From an uncultured Chthonomonadaceae bacterium (lineage in GTDB: Bacteria > Armatimonadota > Chthonomonadetes > Chthonomonadales > Chthonomonadaceae): a stretch of 64,000 nucleotides of DNA. Numbering within the stretch: position 1 is the first letter of the stretch; every line of letters starts with the position of its first letter. Positions 1 to 11,080 of this stretch are shown here, piece by piece. The notes under the pieces were generated by a model. That model was not told the DNA's origin. It ran no database searches and was given only the letters and a program-made list of their open reading frames with translations. Location of the stretch: the NCBI GenBank assembly GCA_963835065.1, contig CAWIEK010000016.1:64001-128000 (forward strand), given 5' to 3'. A program made the position numbers and the translations under genes.

Positions 1-378
1 TTTGATGTTCCCGTTGCCCTGATTTCACTGATTGACGCCAACAGGCAATGGTTCAAATCCACATGCGGCATTGATACCCTGGAGACATCTCGAGACCTCG
101 CCTTCTGCGCGCACGTCATCTACAATCGCGCGCCACTCATTGTACCGGACACCCTCGCGGACGCTCGTTTTGCGGACCATCCTCTCGTTCAAGGGCCACC
201 GCGCATACGTTTCTACGCCGGATACCCTCTTACTCTCGTGAATGGCGCTTGCGTCGGCACCCTCTGTTTAATTGACACGCGCCCCCATGATCTGGATGAT
301 AAACGCATGTCGCTGCTTGGCGACCTGGCGGTTTTGACCTTGCGCGAGTTCCAACGCGAGACAGACTCCATTGCTTAG
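1..378 (+). CDS. GAF domain protein, 3' part (truncated by window edge)
   Basis: Frame +1 is open from base 1 to TAG at 376-378: FDVPVALISLID..RQWFKS..SRDLAFCAH..VPDTLADARFADHPLVQGPPRIRFYAGYPL...VGTLCLID, a classic GAF signature. Missing from the ORF track because there is no start in the window. Confidence 0.85.
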   Translation, partial: FDVPVALISLIDANRQWFKSTCGIDTLETSRDLAFCAHVIYNRAPLIVPDTLADARFADHPLVQGPPRIRFYAGYPLTLVNGACVGTLCLIDTRPHDLDDKRMSLLGDLAVLTLREFQRETDSIA

Positions 379-389
379 TTGCTTTATAA

Positions 390-536
390 CTCTTCACCAC
401 CAAGCCTCCAAGAACACCAAGAAGAACGAAAAGAAGAACGTTATAAAATTGCAGAAGAAATTGAAAGAGTACCGCGTTCTGATCCTTTCGTATTGCCTGC
501 ATTACTTGGTGTTCTTGGCGTCTTGGTGGTGAAGAG
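390..536. repeat. Inverted-repeat element with 9-mer internal periodicity (MITE/hairpin-like)
   Basis: Terminal arms CTCTTCACCACCAAG ... CTTGGTGGTGAAGAG with internal CCAAG units at 9-nt spacing; lies between two convergent genes. Confidence 0.8.
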
Positions 537-1295
537 CTACGTTGTTTTCTGCAGGATGCGCGCGAGAAATTCTCTTGTGCGGGCGTGGGTGGGAGTTACC
601 AGCACCTGTTCGGGCGTTCCCTGCTCTACAATGACGCCTCCGTCTAAAAATAGAACGCGGTGCGCCACTTCGCGGCAAAAGCCCATTTCGTGCGTGGCGA
701 CCAGCATCGTGCGGCCCTGTTTCGCCAGATCGCGCATGACCGTCAGCACTTCGCCCACCAGTTCGGGGTCAAGCGCGGATGTGGGTTCATCGAAAAGCAG
801 GACGGCGGGCTTAAGCGCAAGGGCGCGGGCAATGGCGACGCGCTGCTGCTGCCCGCCCGACAGTTCGCCCGGAAAATTACGCGCTTTGGCCTGCAAATGT
901 ACCTGTTCCAGCAGTTCCAGCGCTTCCTTTTCTGCAATGGCCGGGGATTGGTTCAGCACCTTGCACGGCGCGAGCATCACGTTTTGCAGCGCGGTCAGGT
1001 GCGGAAACAGGTTGAAGCGCTGAAACACCATGCCGATCTCGCGCCGTACCTGGTTGAGATTAGCGGGCGAAATGGCCGCGTTCCGCAATTTGACGCTCCC
1101 GGATGTGGGCGTTTCCAGCCAGTTGATGCAGCGCAGCAGGGTTGACTTGCCGCTTCCCGACGCCCCGATCAGCCCGACCACTTCCCCTTCCAGCACGTCC
1201 AGCGAAATGCCTTTCAGCACCTCCAGCCGCCCAAAACTCTTCCGCAAGTCCGTTGTTGTCAGTATAGGTTGTCCATCCTGTTCACGCAAATTCAC
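537..1295 (-). CDS. Polar amino acid ABC transporter ATP-binding protein (GlnQ-like)
   Basis: GASGSGKST Walker [16 protein letters not shown] signature, [13 protein letters not shown]. Start placed at GTG 1295 behind GGAG; the longer ORF 5' end overlaps a REP. Confidence 0.93.
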   Translation of the reverse strand: MNLREQDGQPILTTTDLRKSFGRLEVLKGISLDVLEGEVVGLIGASGSGKSTLLRCINWLETPTSGSVKLRNAAISPANLNQVRREIGMVFQRFNLFPHLTALQNVMLAPCKVLNQSPAIAEKEALELLEQVHLQAKARNFPGELSGGQQQRVAIARALALKPAVLLFDEPTSALDPELVGEVLTVMRDLAKQGRTMLVATHEMGFCREVAHRVLFLDGGVIVEQGTPEQVLVTPTHARTREFLARILQKTT

Positions 1296-1320
1296 TTCTC
1301 CATTTTCTATGTAAGGTTCT

Positions 1321-1398
1321 GTAGGGGGCGCTGCTTGCCGCGCCCCCGTTCGCGCAACGCCCAAAATGGCTGGTAGGGGCGCAATTTATTGCGCCCTC
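1321..1398. repeat. GTAG-family REP pair
   Basis: GTAGGGGGCGCTGCTTGCCGCGCCCCC and GTAGGGGCGCAATTTATTGCGCCCT: GTAG followed by a short palindrome. Confidence 0.7.
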
Positions 1399-1448
1399 AT
1401 TCGCGCAGGGTTCTGCAAGCAGAACCCCTACAACCTGATGCTTTCGTT

Positions 1449-3056
1449 TTACCTTGAAATTGGCTGCCATTGGCGTTCCAATCGGCGTACCAGAGCGGTT
1501 AGCGGCAGGGTCATCACCAGATAGCAGGCGGCTACGCCCAGATACAGGGTTGTGGCCGAACCCGTGTTGGCCGCGATTTCCTTGCCTGTCCGCATCAGTT
1601 CCACCACGCCGACGACGGATACCAGAGAGGAGTCTTTGAGCAGGGCGACGGCTTCATTGGTCAGGGGCGGCAGGACGCGGCGCAGGGTTTGCGGCAGAAT
1701 GATCCAGCGCATGGCGGCGGGATAATCCATGCCAAGCGCGCGGGCGGCTTCCATTTGTCCCGTATCTATACTTTCAATGCCCGCGCGGAAGATTTCGGAA
1801 ATGTACGCCGCAGCGTTCAAACTGAGCGCGACAACGCCCGACATCAGCGGGTTGAGCGACACATGCAGCGCGGGCAGCACAAAGTACAGAAAGTAAATCT
1901 GCATCAGCAGGGGCGTGCCGCGTACCAGTTCCACATAGGCAATGACCGCCGCGCGCAGGGGAACAAACGGCGACAGGCGCATCAGAGCCACGATCAGCCC
2001 GCCCGTCGCGCCGAACAGCAGCGTCAAAACCGTGATTTCCAGCGTGATTTCCGCCCCGCGCAGCAATTGCGGCCAGGCGTCGCGCAGCAGGTCCCAGCGA
2101 ATGGCTAAGGCAGAAGTTGAGGGTTGAGGGTTGAGGGTTGAGGGGTCTTGATTTTCAATTTTCGATTGCCGATTGCCGATTGCATCGGCCTTTTTTTGAA
2201 TGTCTGCGGGGATCGAGGAACCTTCGTTTTTTACTTTGTTGATGTTGGCGATTAGCGAAGTCGTTACGGGGTCGCCAATCCATTTTTCGTAGAGTTGGGT
2301 GTACGTGCCGTTTACCAGCAGCGTGTCTAAGGCGTGGTTGAGCTGCGCGGCCAGTTCCAGTTCGTTGCGGGCGGCGGCAATACCGAGATTTTCGGGCGGA
2401 AAGTCGGACGCGCCGGTCAATTCCAGGTCGGAGTAGCCGTTGGGCAGAATGTGTTTGAGGGCGGGCACATCGGCGACAGCCGCATCCGATTTGTGGTTCT
2501 TCACGTCCAGCAGGCCGTCTTGCAGCGTGTCGAACTTGCGGATTTGCGCGTCCGGCAGGCCGGCTTTTTGCAGCGCGGTCATGCCCGTCGTTTGATCCTG
2601 CACGGATACGATTTTGTCGCGCAGGTCGGCAAGTCCTTTAATGCGCGTATCATCGTGGCGTTTGGCGATCACCTGCCCGGACAAAAAATACGGGCGGGAA
2701 AACGTGTAGCCCTTCTGCTTGCGCTCTTCCGTTATGGTCATGCCGGACATAATCAGGTCGGCCTTGCGCGATTCCAGCGAACCCTGTACCGCCGTCCATT
2801 CCAGGGGCAGCCAGTTCACTTTCACGCCCAACGCCTTGCCAAGCGCGTCTCCCAATTCGATGTCGAAGCCGACAAGTTTGTCTTTTTCCTTGTACTCGAA
2901 GGGCGGGTACGTGGCGTCGGTGGCAATTGTAAGCGAACCCCGCTGCCGTATCTCCTGCCAGGCGTTCTGCGCCCGTCCCGGCAATGCCCAAATCAGAGTA
3001 AGACAGATTAGAGTCAACAACTGCCAGTGTTTCACATACTTCCGATGGTGGATCAA
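1449..3056 (-). CDS. Amino acid ABC transporter substrate-binding/permease fusion
   Basis: Signal peptide, ATDATYPPFE and GFDIEL (SBP family 3), then permease RGTPLL and EIFRAGIESIDTGQMEAARALG. Start uncertain (3035 or 3056). Confidence 0.92.
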   Translation of the reverse strand: MIHHRKYVKHWQLLTLICLTLIWALPGRAQNAWQEIRQRGSLTIATDATYPPFEYKEKDKLVGFDIELGDALGKALGVKVNWLPLEWTAVQGSLESRKADLIMSGMTITEERKQKGYTFSRPYFLSGQVIAKRHDDTRIKGLADLRDKIVSVQDQTTGMTALQKAGLPDAQIRKFDTLQDGLLDVKNHKSDAAVADVPALKHILPNGYSDLELTGASDFPPENLGIAAARNELELAAQLNHALDTLLVNGTYTQLYEKWIGDPVTTSLIANINKVKNEGSSIPADIQKKADAIGNRQSKIENQDPSTLNPQPSTSALAIRWDLLRDAWPQLLRGAEITLEITVLTLLFGATGGLIVALMRLSPFVPLRAAVIAYVELVRGTPLLMQIYFLYFVLPALHVSLNPLMSGVVALSLNAAAYISEIFRAGIESIDTGQMEAARALGMDYPAAMRWIILPQTLRRVLPPLTNEAVALLKDSSLVSVVGVVELMRTGKEIAANTGSATTLYLGVAACYLVMTLPLTALVRRLERQWQPISR

Positions 3057-3115
3057 TCCTGCCCCCTCTTGAAAATGCCTCTTTTGTCCTGAAATAAAAA
3101 GTGCTGTATCACGCG

Positions 3116-3390
3116 AAAAAATGAACCCTTTGCTCCCCACAGCCGTCTAAACAGTAGAACAACGTCTGCTATACAAACAAGAAGGCTGAACGTTGCTAGT
3201 TCCTATCAACTATCAACTATCAACTATCAACTGAGAAGGGAGGTGCAAAGCCTATGTTTCACCCCTCCCGCTCGCCCTGACGCTGCTGAGGCCACGACGC
3301 CTCTCTCCTACAACTTGACACAACGAGACATCGGGCTGGAAGCGCTGCATTGCCAAGATTTCGACGATGACTCTACATATCCTTTTTTCT
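3116..3390. repeat. Dispersed ~275 bp non-coding element, copy 1 (copy 2 at 48674-48953)
   Basis: Long near-identical stretch including (TATCAAC)4 and AAGGGAGGTG...ATGTTTCACCCCTCCCG...GATGACTCTACATA. Confidence 0.9.
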
Positions 3391-3428
3391 ACAGACCTTC
3401 ATCCTTCATCCTTTGCTTGCCCACGCGC

Positions 3429-5382
3429 TTACGGTTTTACGGTTCCGAAGAGGATGCGGGAGGGATAAGCGGCGGTGTGGTAGAGCCGGTTGGTCGCCGC
3501 GCGGTAATCGGATTCGCGGGCGGCGTAGATGTCGCAAAACGTCTGCGGGTTGCGGTCTACAAGCGGGAACCAACTGCTTTGCACCTGCACCATCAGGCGG
3601 TGTCCCTTTCTGAACGTATGGCACACGTCCGGCAGATTAAATTTCAGTTTCGTGGGTTTGTCCGGCGTGAACGGCTCCGGCTTTTCAAAACTGTTGCGGA
3701 ACTTGCCGCGCATCACGTCGGCGCGTACCAGCATTTGGTAGCCTCCCATCTTCACGGTTCCCGTTGCGGACTCGGTATCGGGCGCGTCGTCGGGGTACAC
3801 GTCTATGATTTTCACAACCCAATCGGAATCCGTGCCGGATGTGGACACAAACAGGTCGGCGGTAATCGGCCCGGCAACGGTCATGTCCTGCGCCATCGGC
3901 TCGGTTTTGTAGGTGAGAACATCGGCGCGTTCGGCGGCAAAACGCTGGTCGGCAATCATGTAATTGTTGTTGCGGCGGATGCTTTGCGACGCGGTAGCGA
4001 CATACGGCACGGGTTTGGCCGGGTCGCTGACATAGCTGTCGGCGCTTTCCGGCGTTACTGTCGCGGACGCGCCCGTTTGCAGCGCTGATGGTGGATTTGA
4101 TTGTGGATTTGATTGCAGATTTGCCGGCTTGTGAGGGTGAAGACGCAAGACGATGCTCCGCGCCGAAGTAAAGCGATTGCGCTTGCAGGGCGCGGGGCGG
4201 CCAGGCGTCGAAGGACAGCCATTGATTGGAACCGGTAGCGAACACGCGCGCTTTGGATTCCTTCCAGTCACCCTCATCTTTGAGATAATGGTTGAAGAAC
4301 GGAAACTCGATCTCGTTGCGGTAGGTGGCGGCGGTTGCGCTGCCAAATGGAATATCGCCGAACGAACTGCGATCCCCTCCCGCCCAGCCGCCGTGCGGCC
4401 AGGGACCGACAACAAGGTAGTTTGGAGTAGTGGGACTCGCTTTTTCAATGGTCTTGAAGATGTGCAGCGGGCCGTAAAAGTCTTCGGCGTCGAACCAGCC
4501 GCCCACAAGGAGCATGGCGGGCCGAACGTCTTTGAAATGCGGCAGCAGGTTCCGCGCTTTCCAATAAGCGTCATACGTGCCGTGCTGCATCATCTCGTTC
4601 CAAAACGGAACCTGATTGTGAAAATAGCGGGCGTTGGCGTTGGAAAGCGGGCCGAGGTCGAGATAGAATTGGTACGAATCGTTGGAGTCGTAGCGCAGGC
4701 CGGTGGGCAATTGGACGCGGGAAGGGCCGGTACGGGGCCAGTCGAAGCGCGAGTTGAAGTCCCACGCGAAGTTATCCAGCAGATAGAACGCGCCGTTGTG
4801 GTGTTCATCGTCGCCCAAAAACCAGTCGGCGATGGGAGCCTGCGGCGAAACGGCTTTCAGGGCGGGATGGGCATTGATGGCTCCGGCTGCGGCATAAAAG
4901 CCCGGATAGGAGATGCCCCACATCCCCACCCGCCCGTTGTTGTGCGGGACGTTGCGAACCAGCCAGTCTATCGTGTCGTAGGTATCGGTGCTTTCGTCAA
5001 TGTCCGCTTTGCCGTGTTTGCCCGTAAGCTGCGGGCGCACATTGACATAATCGCCTTCCGACATATACCTGCCGCGCACGTCCTGATACGCGACAATATA
5101 GCCGTTTTCCGCGAAATGGGACGAGGGGCCGAGCGAGTTAGGAAACGCATCAGGGCCGTAGGGAACGCTGTAGGGGGTGCGCTCCAGCAGCATGGGATGG
5201 TTCTGCGACGTATCTTTAGGCGCGAAAATGACGGTATACAGCTTCGTGCCGTCCCGCATGGCGATGGCAACATCGGTTTTCGTATAATTAGCGCGAACGT
5301 CAAACCGCCCCTGCGCCCCGGCCAGACATGGCAGCAGGCAAAGCAGCAAAATACAAATCAACTTCCAATGGCGCTTGTTCAA
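3429..5382 (-). CDS. CocE/NonD family hydrolase (alpha-amino acid ester hydrolase-like), apparent frameshift near 4072
   Basis: MRDGTKL, ERTPY, QDVRGR and WGISYPG in ORF 3685-5382. C-terminal domain SYVSDPAKPVP ... QVQSSWFP continues in ORF 3429-4574. Confidence 0.9.
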
Positions 5383-5400
5383 CGCTTCGTCCTTTCAAAA

Positions 5401-6844
5401 TCAAGCGAGACAGGTTTGCAGCAGTTGCCATGCGCGCGCAATGTGGCGCTCCTGCGTGTGCATATTGCCGATGGCGAGGCGCAGGGTATAGCGCCCGTTC
5501 AGTTTGGTATGGGAAATGAAAATCTCTCCCGTTGCGTTGACGGCTTCCATCAGGCGGGCGTTCAGGGTTTCCAATTCGGTTTCGCTATCTATATGTGAGG
5601 GATGGGCGCGAAAGCATACGGCGCTGAGGGGCGCGGGAGCCATGCGCTCGAAATCGGGAGAAGCGTCTACCCAACCGGCGAATACTTGCGCCAGCCGTAT
5701 GTGTTCAGCCGATCATTTCGGCCATGCGCTCGCGCCCGAACGAACGGAAAATCATCCACAGTTTCAGGGCGCGGAACCGCCTGCCAAGCTGTACGCCATA
5801 GTCCATAAAGTTCGTGGCGTCGCTGTCGGTCATCAGGTAATCGGGAACCAGACTGAACGCGCGGCGCAGGGCGTTCATATCGCGGGCAAACAAAACGGAG
5901 CAATCCATCGGCGTAAAAAGCCACTTGTGCGGATTGATCACCAGGCTGTCGGCGCGTTCGCACCCGGCAAGCACATATCGGTATTCGGGTACAAGGGCCG
6001 CCGCGCCGCCATACGCCGCGTCTACGTGCAGCCACAGATTTTGTTCTTCGCACACATCGGCAATAGCGGGAACCGGGTCAATAGCCGTTGTGGACGTGGT
6101 TCCCGCCGTCGCCACCACGCAGAACGGCAGCCAGCCCGCGCTCCGGTCATGGGCAAGGGCGGTACGCAGGGCGCCTATATCCATTTGAAACGCCGCGTCC
6201 GTCGGTATTTTTCTGACGCCATGCTGCCCGATACCGAGTGTCATAGCCGCGCGCTCAATGGACGAATGGGCCTGTTCGGAGCAGTACAGGCGCAGGCGCG
6301 GCACGTTGGGCCTGCCGCTCATGCCTTCCTGCCGGATGTGGAGGTTGGGAATGGCTTCGCGGGCGGCGCAAATGGCAAGCAGGCTGGAAATGGAAGCCGT
6401 GTCGGTAATCAGGCCGCGCAGTCCCGTTGGCAAACCAAGCATTTGCGCCAGCCAGCCAAGTACGACTTCTTCCAGTTCCGTCGCAGCCGGGGACGTGCGC
6501 CACAGCATCGCGTTCTGGTTGAGGGCGGCGCACAGCATTTCAGCGACGACGCCGGGCGCGGGGCTGCTGTTGGCGAAATAGGCCATAAAACCGGGATGGT
6601 TCCAGTGCGTCATACCGGGCAATAGAATACGCTCGAAGTCGTTGAGAATGGCGTCCATGCTTTCGGGCGCATCGGGCGGCGAAACCGGCAATTGCGCTTT
6701 GATATCGCCCGGTTTCACCTGCGCCAGTACAGGGTACGCTTCCGGGTCACGCAGATAGCCGCTTATCCACGCCAACGCCCACCGCCCCGCGCCCTCAAAT
6801 TCGTCCACCTGTTGTTTGACTGCACTTGCTTCGTACTCCGACAT
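5401..6844 (-). CDS. PLP-dependent aromatic amino acid decarboxylase (group II), apparent frameshift near 5710
   Basis: THWNHPGFMAYF, SPAATELE, LHVDAAYGG, NPHKW (PLP lysine), LGRRFRALKLW. C-terminus VCFR...LRLAIGN lies in the next frame. Confidence 0.92.
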
Positions 6845-7065
6845 GCCGCTTCTTCCCGCCTCTTTTTATAGGTGAATTCTTGTATGTGTCTATTCGTTAT
6901 GGAAGCGGCAAGAATCCTGCTTGAATGTAGGCAGAGGAGGGATTGCCAGGGATCGAAAATCCGTGACTTGAAATTGATAGAGCTTGATCGGATGTCGATT
7001 CTCTCTCCTTCCGCCCGAAGTACACGCAGGGCGAAATGGTGTTCCTGCGCGTCAGTTTTGGCTCC

Positions 7066-7386
7066 TTATTCACTTACTCGCCTCTCATATCCTGCGTGAA
7101 TAGTTGACAAGTCGTCCTCTGGATAATCGTAAGTCCCGGCACCCACATGGTCCACAGCGAAAGTTAGTGAACTGGTGCTATAACCTACTCGATTACACCA
7201 GAAGGTCACACTTCCCCAATAAGAAGTTGAGTTTGTGAGAGTTACGGTGATCTCTTCTGTGATGATCCCGTTAATGTTTTGCATGCTGAGCGTTGCTGTG
7301 GCGGCATGACATCTCGGATTAAGCATTGTCAGCCCAGCCAACAGCAGCAATCCGATGAATGCATTTGCTCTTGACTTCTTTGTCAT
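7066..7386 (-). CDS. Small secreted hypothetical protein (lower GC)
   Basis: MTKKSRANAFIGLLLLAGL signal peptide preceded by AAGGAGG. Confidence 0.55.
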   Translation of the reverse strand: MTKKSRANAFIGLLLLAGLTMLNPRCHAATATLSMQNINGIITEEITVTLTNSTSYWGSVTFWCNRVGYSTSSLTFAVDHVGAGTYDYPEDDLSTIHAGYERRVSE

Positions 7387-7748
7387 CGTTTCTGCCTCCT
7401 TACCGTTGAGAATATGCACGTGCATGATTGAATTGAACAGATGTGGAATCAATATAACACAAAAAGGGGGGTAACAGCGAGACATTTGTATCATTTTCAA
7501 AATTATTCCGCTTATCCCCTTTATCATCTTTACAGACCTACTTCAGCGGCGGCATTTTCGCGGAACAGAGAGCCTTTGCGAATGTAGCGGCGTACCGTAT
7601 TGACGTCACATTAAACAAAGCGCCTGTGCATATTCTGCGGCAGTCAAAGAAAAATACCGGTTCTCAAAGCATTTGTACTGCTTTTGAGAACCGGTGTTTT
7701 GAAATAGAGGCTTGTGGTGATGCGCAACGAATGGGATCACGAGGAGCG

Positions 7749-8441
7749 TTACGACAGCGCGAAATCGGCCAGCGCGCGGGCATGGAGCGTTGTGGTGTCC
7801 ACCAGCGGCAGGACGGAATGTTCCTGATCCAGCAGCAGCATCAGTTCTGTGCAGCCTAAAATGATGGCGTCCACGCCGCGCTCCGCCTGCTCCGCAATGA
7901 GGGTTCTCAGCGCCTGCCGCGATGTGGGACAAACGACGCCCTGACACAGTTCTTCAAAAATAATGGCGTGAACGGCTTGCCGCGCCGGTTCGTTGGGAAT
8001 GACGACCTCAATCCCCCACTCCTGCTGCAAGGGGCCGCGAAAAAACGCTTGTTCCATTGTATAGCGCGTACCAAGCAGGCATGCTTTGCGCGCGTTATGC
8101 GCTTGCAGGGCGCTTCCGGTCACGGCGCGAATGTCAATGAGAGGAACATCAAGGCCCGCCTGTATCTCTGCGGCAACCTTGTGCATGGTGTTGGAGCAGA
8201 TCGCCACGCAGTCGGCTCCCGCTCGCTCCAAAGCCTGCGCCGCCTGCGTCAATCGGTCGGCAAGCGCGTCCCAGGCATCCTGCCGCTGCAATTCGGCAAT
8301 GGCGGCAAAATCACACGAATGGAGTATGATTTGAGCCGAGTGCAGGCCGCCCAACCGCTCCCTCACGGCGCGGTTGATCTGCTGGTAGTAGATAATCGAA
8401 CTTTCCCAGCTCATGCCGCCAATCAATCCAAGCGTTCTCAT
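7749..8441 (-). CDS. Aspartate/glutamate racemase family protein (YgeA/RacX-like)
   Basis: LGLIGGMSWES, ICSNTMH and ILGCTEL two-cysteine racemase motifs. Confidence 0.93.
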   Translation of the reverse strand: MRTLGLIGGMSWESSIIYYQQINRAVRERLGGLHSAQIILHSCDFAAIAELQRQDAWDALADRLTQAAQALERAGADCVAICSNTMHKVAAEIQAGLDVPLIDIRAVTGSALQAHNARKACLLGTRYTMEQAFFRGPLQQEWGIEVVIPNEPARQAVHAIIFEELCQGVVCPTSRQALRTLIAEQAERGVDAIILGCTELMLLLDQEHSVLPLVDTTTLHARALADFALS

Positions 8442-8453
8442 GCGCGTTTCCTT

Positions 8454-8576
8454 TTAGATATTAGGCATTAGGCATGTAGGCATTAGGCATCAGAAAAGAC
8501 ACAAAGCCAGGAAGTTCGTTCTTGCTTGTCCTTGCATCTAATGCCTAATGCCTACATGCCTAATGCCTACATGCCT
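8454..8576. repeat. (GGCATTA)n ... (TAATGCC)n inverted heptamer element
   Basis: Heptamer arrays in inverted orientation around a ~50 nt spacer; intergenic. Confidence 0.9.
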
Positions 8577-8577
8577 C

Positions 8578-9792
8578 TCAAAAATCCACATGCAGCTTTT
8601 TCAGCGCATCTTCCAGGCTGTGGCTTCCTTCTTCATACCCGACAAAGGCGGCAGCGATCTTGCCGTCTTTGTCAATTACGTACTGCGTGGGGATGCTGTT
8701 GACGAGATAGAGTTTTTTGGCGATGTTGTTGTCGGCGCGGCCTGCCGGGTCGAAGGCGGTGGGAAAGGTATACGCGCTTTTCTTGGCCGCAACCCATTTG
8801 TCATACTCCTTGCGCTCGTCCCAGACGCACAATCCCAACACTGCAACGCCTTTGTCTTTCACTTCAGTATACACTTTTTGCAGGTGCGGCAGGGAGCGCT
8901 GGCAGGGAACGCACCAGGTTGCCCAAAAATCGAGGACAACCACTTTACCCTTGAAGTCGGACAAATGCACGGTTGTTCCGTTGGCTGTCACGGCGGAAAA
9001 GTCCGGCGCAGGCGAACCGATCCGCAGCAGGTCATCGGCGGTGTTCGCGGCTCCGGGCGGAACTTTCCAGGCGAAAGTTTGCCGCGGAATAGGGGCGTCG
9101 AATGTCCAGCCGGTAAAATCCATTTGCAGTTGGGGCGCTGTGACGCCGTTGCGCAGGGAAATGTCGCAGACGCGAACAGGCAATCCCGTCGAGGCATCGC
9201 GCCATGTTTTCACGCCTGCCGCGTAGGAACCGCCGTCCTGCATTTTGCGAGGTGGTTCCAAATCGGTTGTCGCCACCATCTTGCGCCCGTCCAGCGTTTC
9301 TTCGCGGACGGTTCGCGTCATGTTGGGGCGCGGGGGCGCATCCGGCGTTAAAATCAGCGCCACGCCCGCCATCGTGTACAGTTGGCTTTTGGCGCGTTCC
9401 CCGGCTTTTGGCGCGTCGGCAATGCTGTATTTACCGAGCAGGCTGTTGTACTCGTAGGCTTTGCTGCCGTCCGTTAAGTAGAACGAGGGCTGTTTCGCCT
9501 GCCCGGCAAGCGGCGCCGCGTCAATACGGTAGCGCGTCAGGCTTGCCACCGTAACCGTCACGCCGAAAAACGGCTTCGCCTGCCCATTCGGGCTGACGAG
9601 GGAAAACGTTCCGTTCATTTTGATGGTTTTTGCGCTTGTCAGGCGGCTGCCCGGAATGGTCACGGCGGGAGCAGGCACACCGGGAGCCGTCGCGTCCTGC
9701 GCGGTCACAGGCACAGCCATAAGCCCGCCGCATACCATCAGGGCGCTATGCCATCCCCTACTGATTGTTTGCATGGAAGCTTCTCTTTTCAT
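8578..9792 (-). CDS. Secreted TlpA/redoxin family protein with LolA-like N-terminal domain
   Basis: Signal peptide; C-terminal APDF...LSDFKGKVVVLDFWATWCVPC and SIPTQYVIDKDG. Confidence 0.85.
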   Translation of the reverse strand: MKREASMQTISRGWHSALMVCGGLMAVPVTAQDATAPGVPAPAVTIPGSRLTSAKTIKMNGTFSLVSPNGQAKPFFGVTVTVASLTRYRIDAAPLAGQAKQPSFYLTDGSKAYEYNSLLGKYSIADAPKAGERAKSQLYTMAGVALILTPDAPPRPNMTRTVREETLDGRKMVATTDLEPPRKMQDGGSYAAGVKTWRDASTGLPVRVCDISLRNGVTAPQLQMDFTGWTFDAPIPRQTFAWKVPPGAANTADDLLRIGSPAPDFSAVTANGTTVHLSDFKGKVVVLDFWATWCVPCQRSLPHLQKVYTEVKDKGVAVLGLCVWDERKEYDKWVAAKKSAYTFPTAFDPAGRADNNIAKKLYLVNSIPTQYVIDKDGKIAAAFVGYEEGSHSLEDALKKLHVDF

Positions 9793-9887
9793 TTACAAAT
9801 CAGACGAATCGCGTTCAGATTATTGCCTCTGAATATCTCGCCTGCTCCCAATGTTGAGAGCAGGGGTCGAGAGATGAGAGCTTTTCA

Positions 9888-10802
9888 TCACAAAGCCGGG
9901 TTGCCGGCGTCTTTGTTGGGCACGAAGTAGTAGTTGGAGCCGGGTACGGTTGCCGAGCCGGCATTGGGGCCGATGAGATGGCCTACATTTGCCGCAATGT
10001 AGCTGGCCTTCAACCCGTTCTGGTTCAGGCGCATGGCTTTGGCATGGGCGTCCAGAAACACCACGTTTGCGGCAAGGCCGGGATGTCGGCCCGCCAGGTA
10101 GGGAGTTGCGATAGCGTTTGTCGCGGGATTACGGGGCGGATTGACGCCGTTGAAGGTGGAACTGGTCCCGCCCGCATCTCCCATCAGCAGGCTTTCCGCC
10201 GTGTTGTCCCAGGCCGCCAGCGTGGTAAAGGGGCCATAGCCGCCATAAGAATAGACGAGAAGAACGTTTTTATCGTAGCCCAGGGGCGCGTCGCCCGGAT
10301 CAATCGTAAAGGGCGCTCCGCCGGTACTGGGCTTGAGATTGGCGGCGGAAAGGCAGGACTGCACCTGCCCGTTTTTAAGATAGGGCTGCAAGATGCCCTG
10401 CGACGCGATCAGTTTGGCCGCGCCACTGTTTTGCAGAATCAGGCCGAAGAACCAATAGTAGGTATTGGAGTACGTAAAGCCGGACGGAGCGGTGTAGGAG
10501 TTGATTGGGTAGGTTTCGTCGTAATCCTGCACGTACATCACGGTCGCCAATCCCATTTGCTTCAAGTTGGACAGACAGGATGTTTGACGGGCTTTTTCCC
10601 GCGCCTGCGCGAAGACCGGAAACAGAATGGCGGCAAGAATGGCGATGATGGCGATCACCACGAGCAGTTCGATCAGGGTAAACGCCCGGTTGAGGATTGA
10701 GGGATTTCCGATTGAGTTTCTTCTGTTCCCTGTGTTGGGCGTTGAATGTTGGGCGTTGACGGCTTTGGAGCGACGCGCAGTTGAAGCAAAAATGGATCGC
10801 AT
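9888..10802 (-). CDS. Prepilin-type N-terminal cleavage/methylation, DUF1559 domain protein
   Basis: [44 protein letters not shown]-terminal RH-x9-DAH variant of the H-X9-DG motif. Confidence 0.9.
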   Translation of the reverse strand: MRSIFASTARRSKAVNAQHSTPNTGNRRNSIGNPSILNRAFTLIELLVVIAIIAILAAILFPVFAQAREKARQTSCLSNLKQMGLATVMYVQDYDETYPINSYTAPSGFTYSNTYYWFFGLILQNSGAAKLIASQGILQPYLKNGQVQSCLSAANLKPSTGGAPFTIDPGDAPLGYDKNVLLVYSYGGYGPFTTLAAWDNTAESLLMGDAGGTSSTFNGVNPPRNPATNAIATPYLAGRHPGLAANVVFLDAHAKAMRLNQNGLKASYIAANVGHLIGPNAGSATVPGSNYYFVPNKDAGNPAL

Positions 10803-11080
10803 TGAGTGTAACCTCCCGGATGGAAAATACCAACGGCAACATCGCGCGTGGTGTCGAAAAACGAAGCAGCAGGAGTGCAGGGGCGCGCTCTTGACTGAAT
10901 TGTATCCATTATATCACTGCCTACAACATAAACAGGGGAAGGTGGGAAGGTTCTGTCGGCGCGTTTGTCAAAACGGGTATAATGTGACAAATGGCGGGGG
11001 CACACTGTCTTCAGAACCGCTTTGAGTCAGCATCCTTGCAGACTGCCGCTGCGCGCCTGCAAACTTGCGGAACAAAAATC

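Noticed and set aside
4153..6625. Long antisense ORFs (e.g. 4153-5598, 5504-6625; also 24030-25559, 32972-34117)
   Set aside because: These are shadows of well-supported genes on the opposite strand in GC-rich DNA, with no recognisable motifs.
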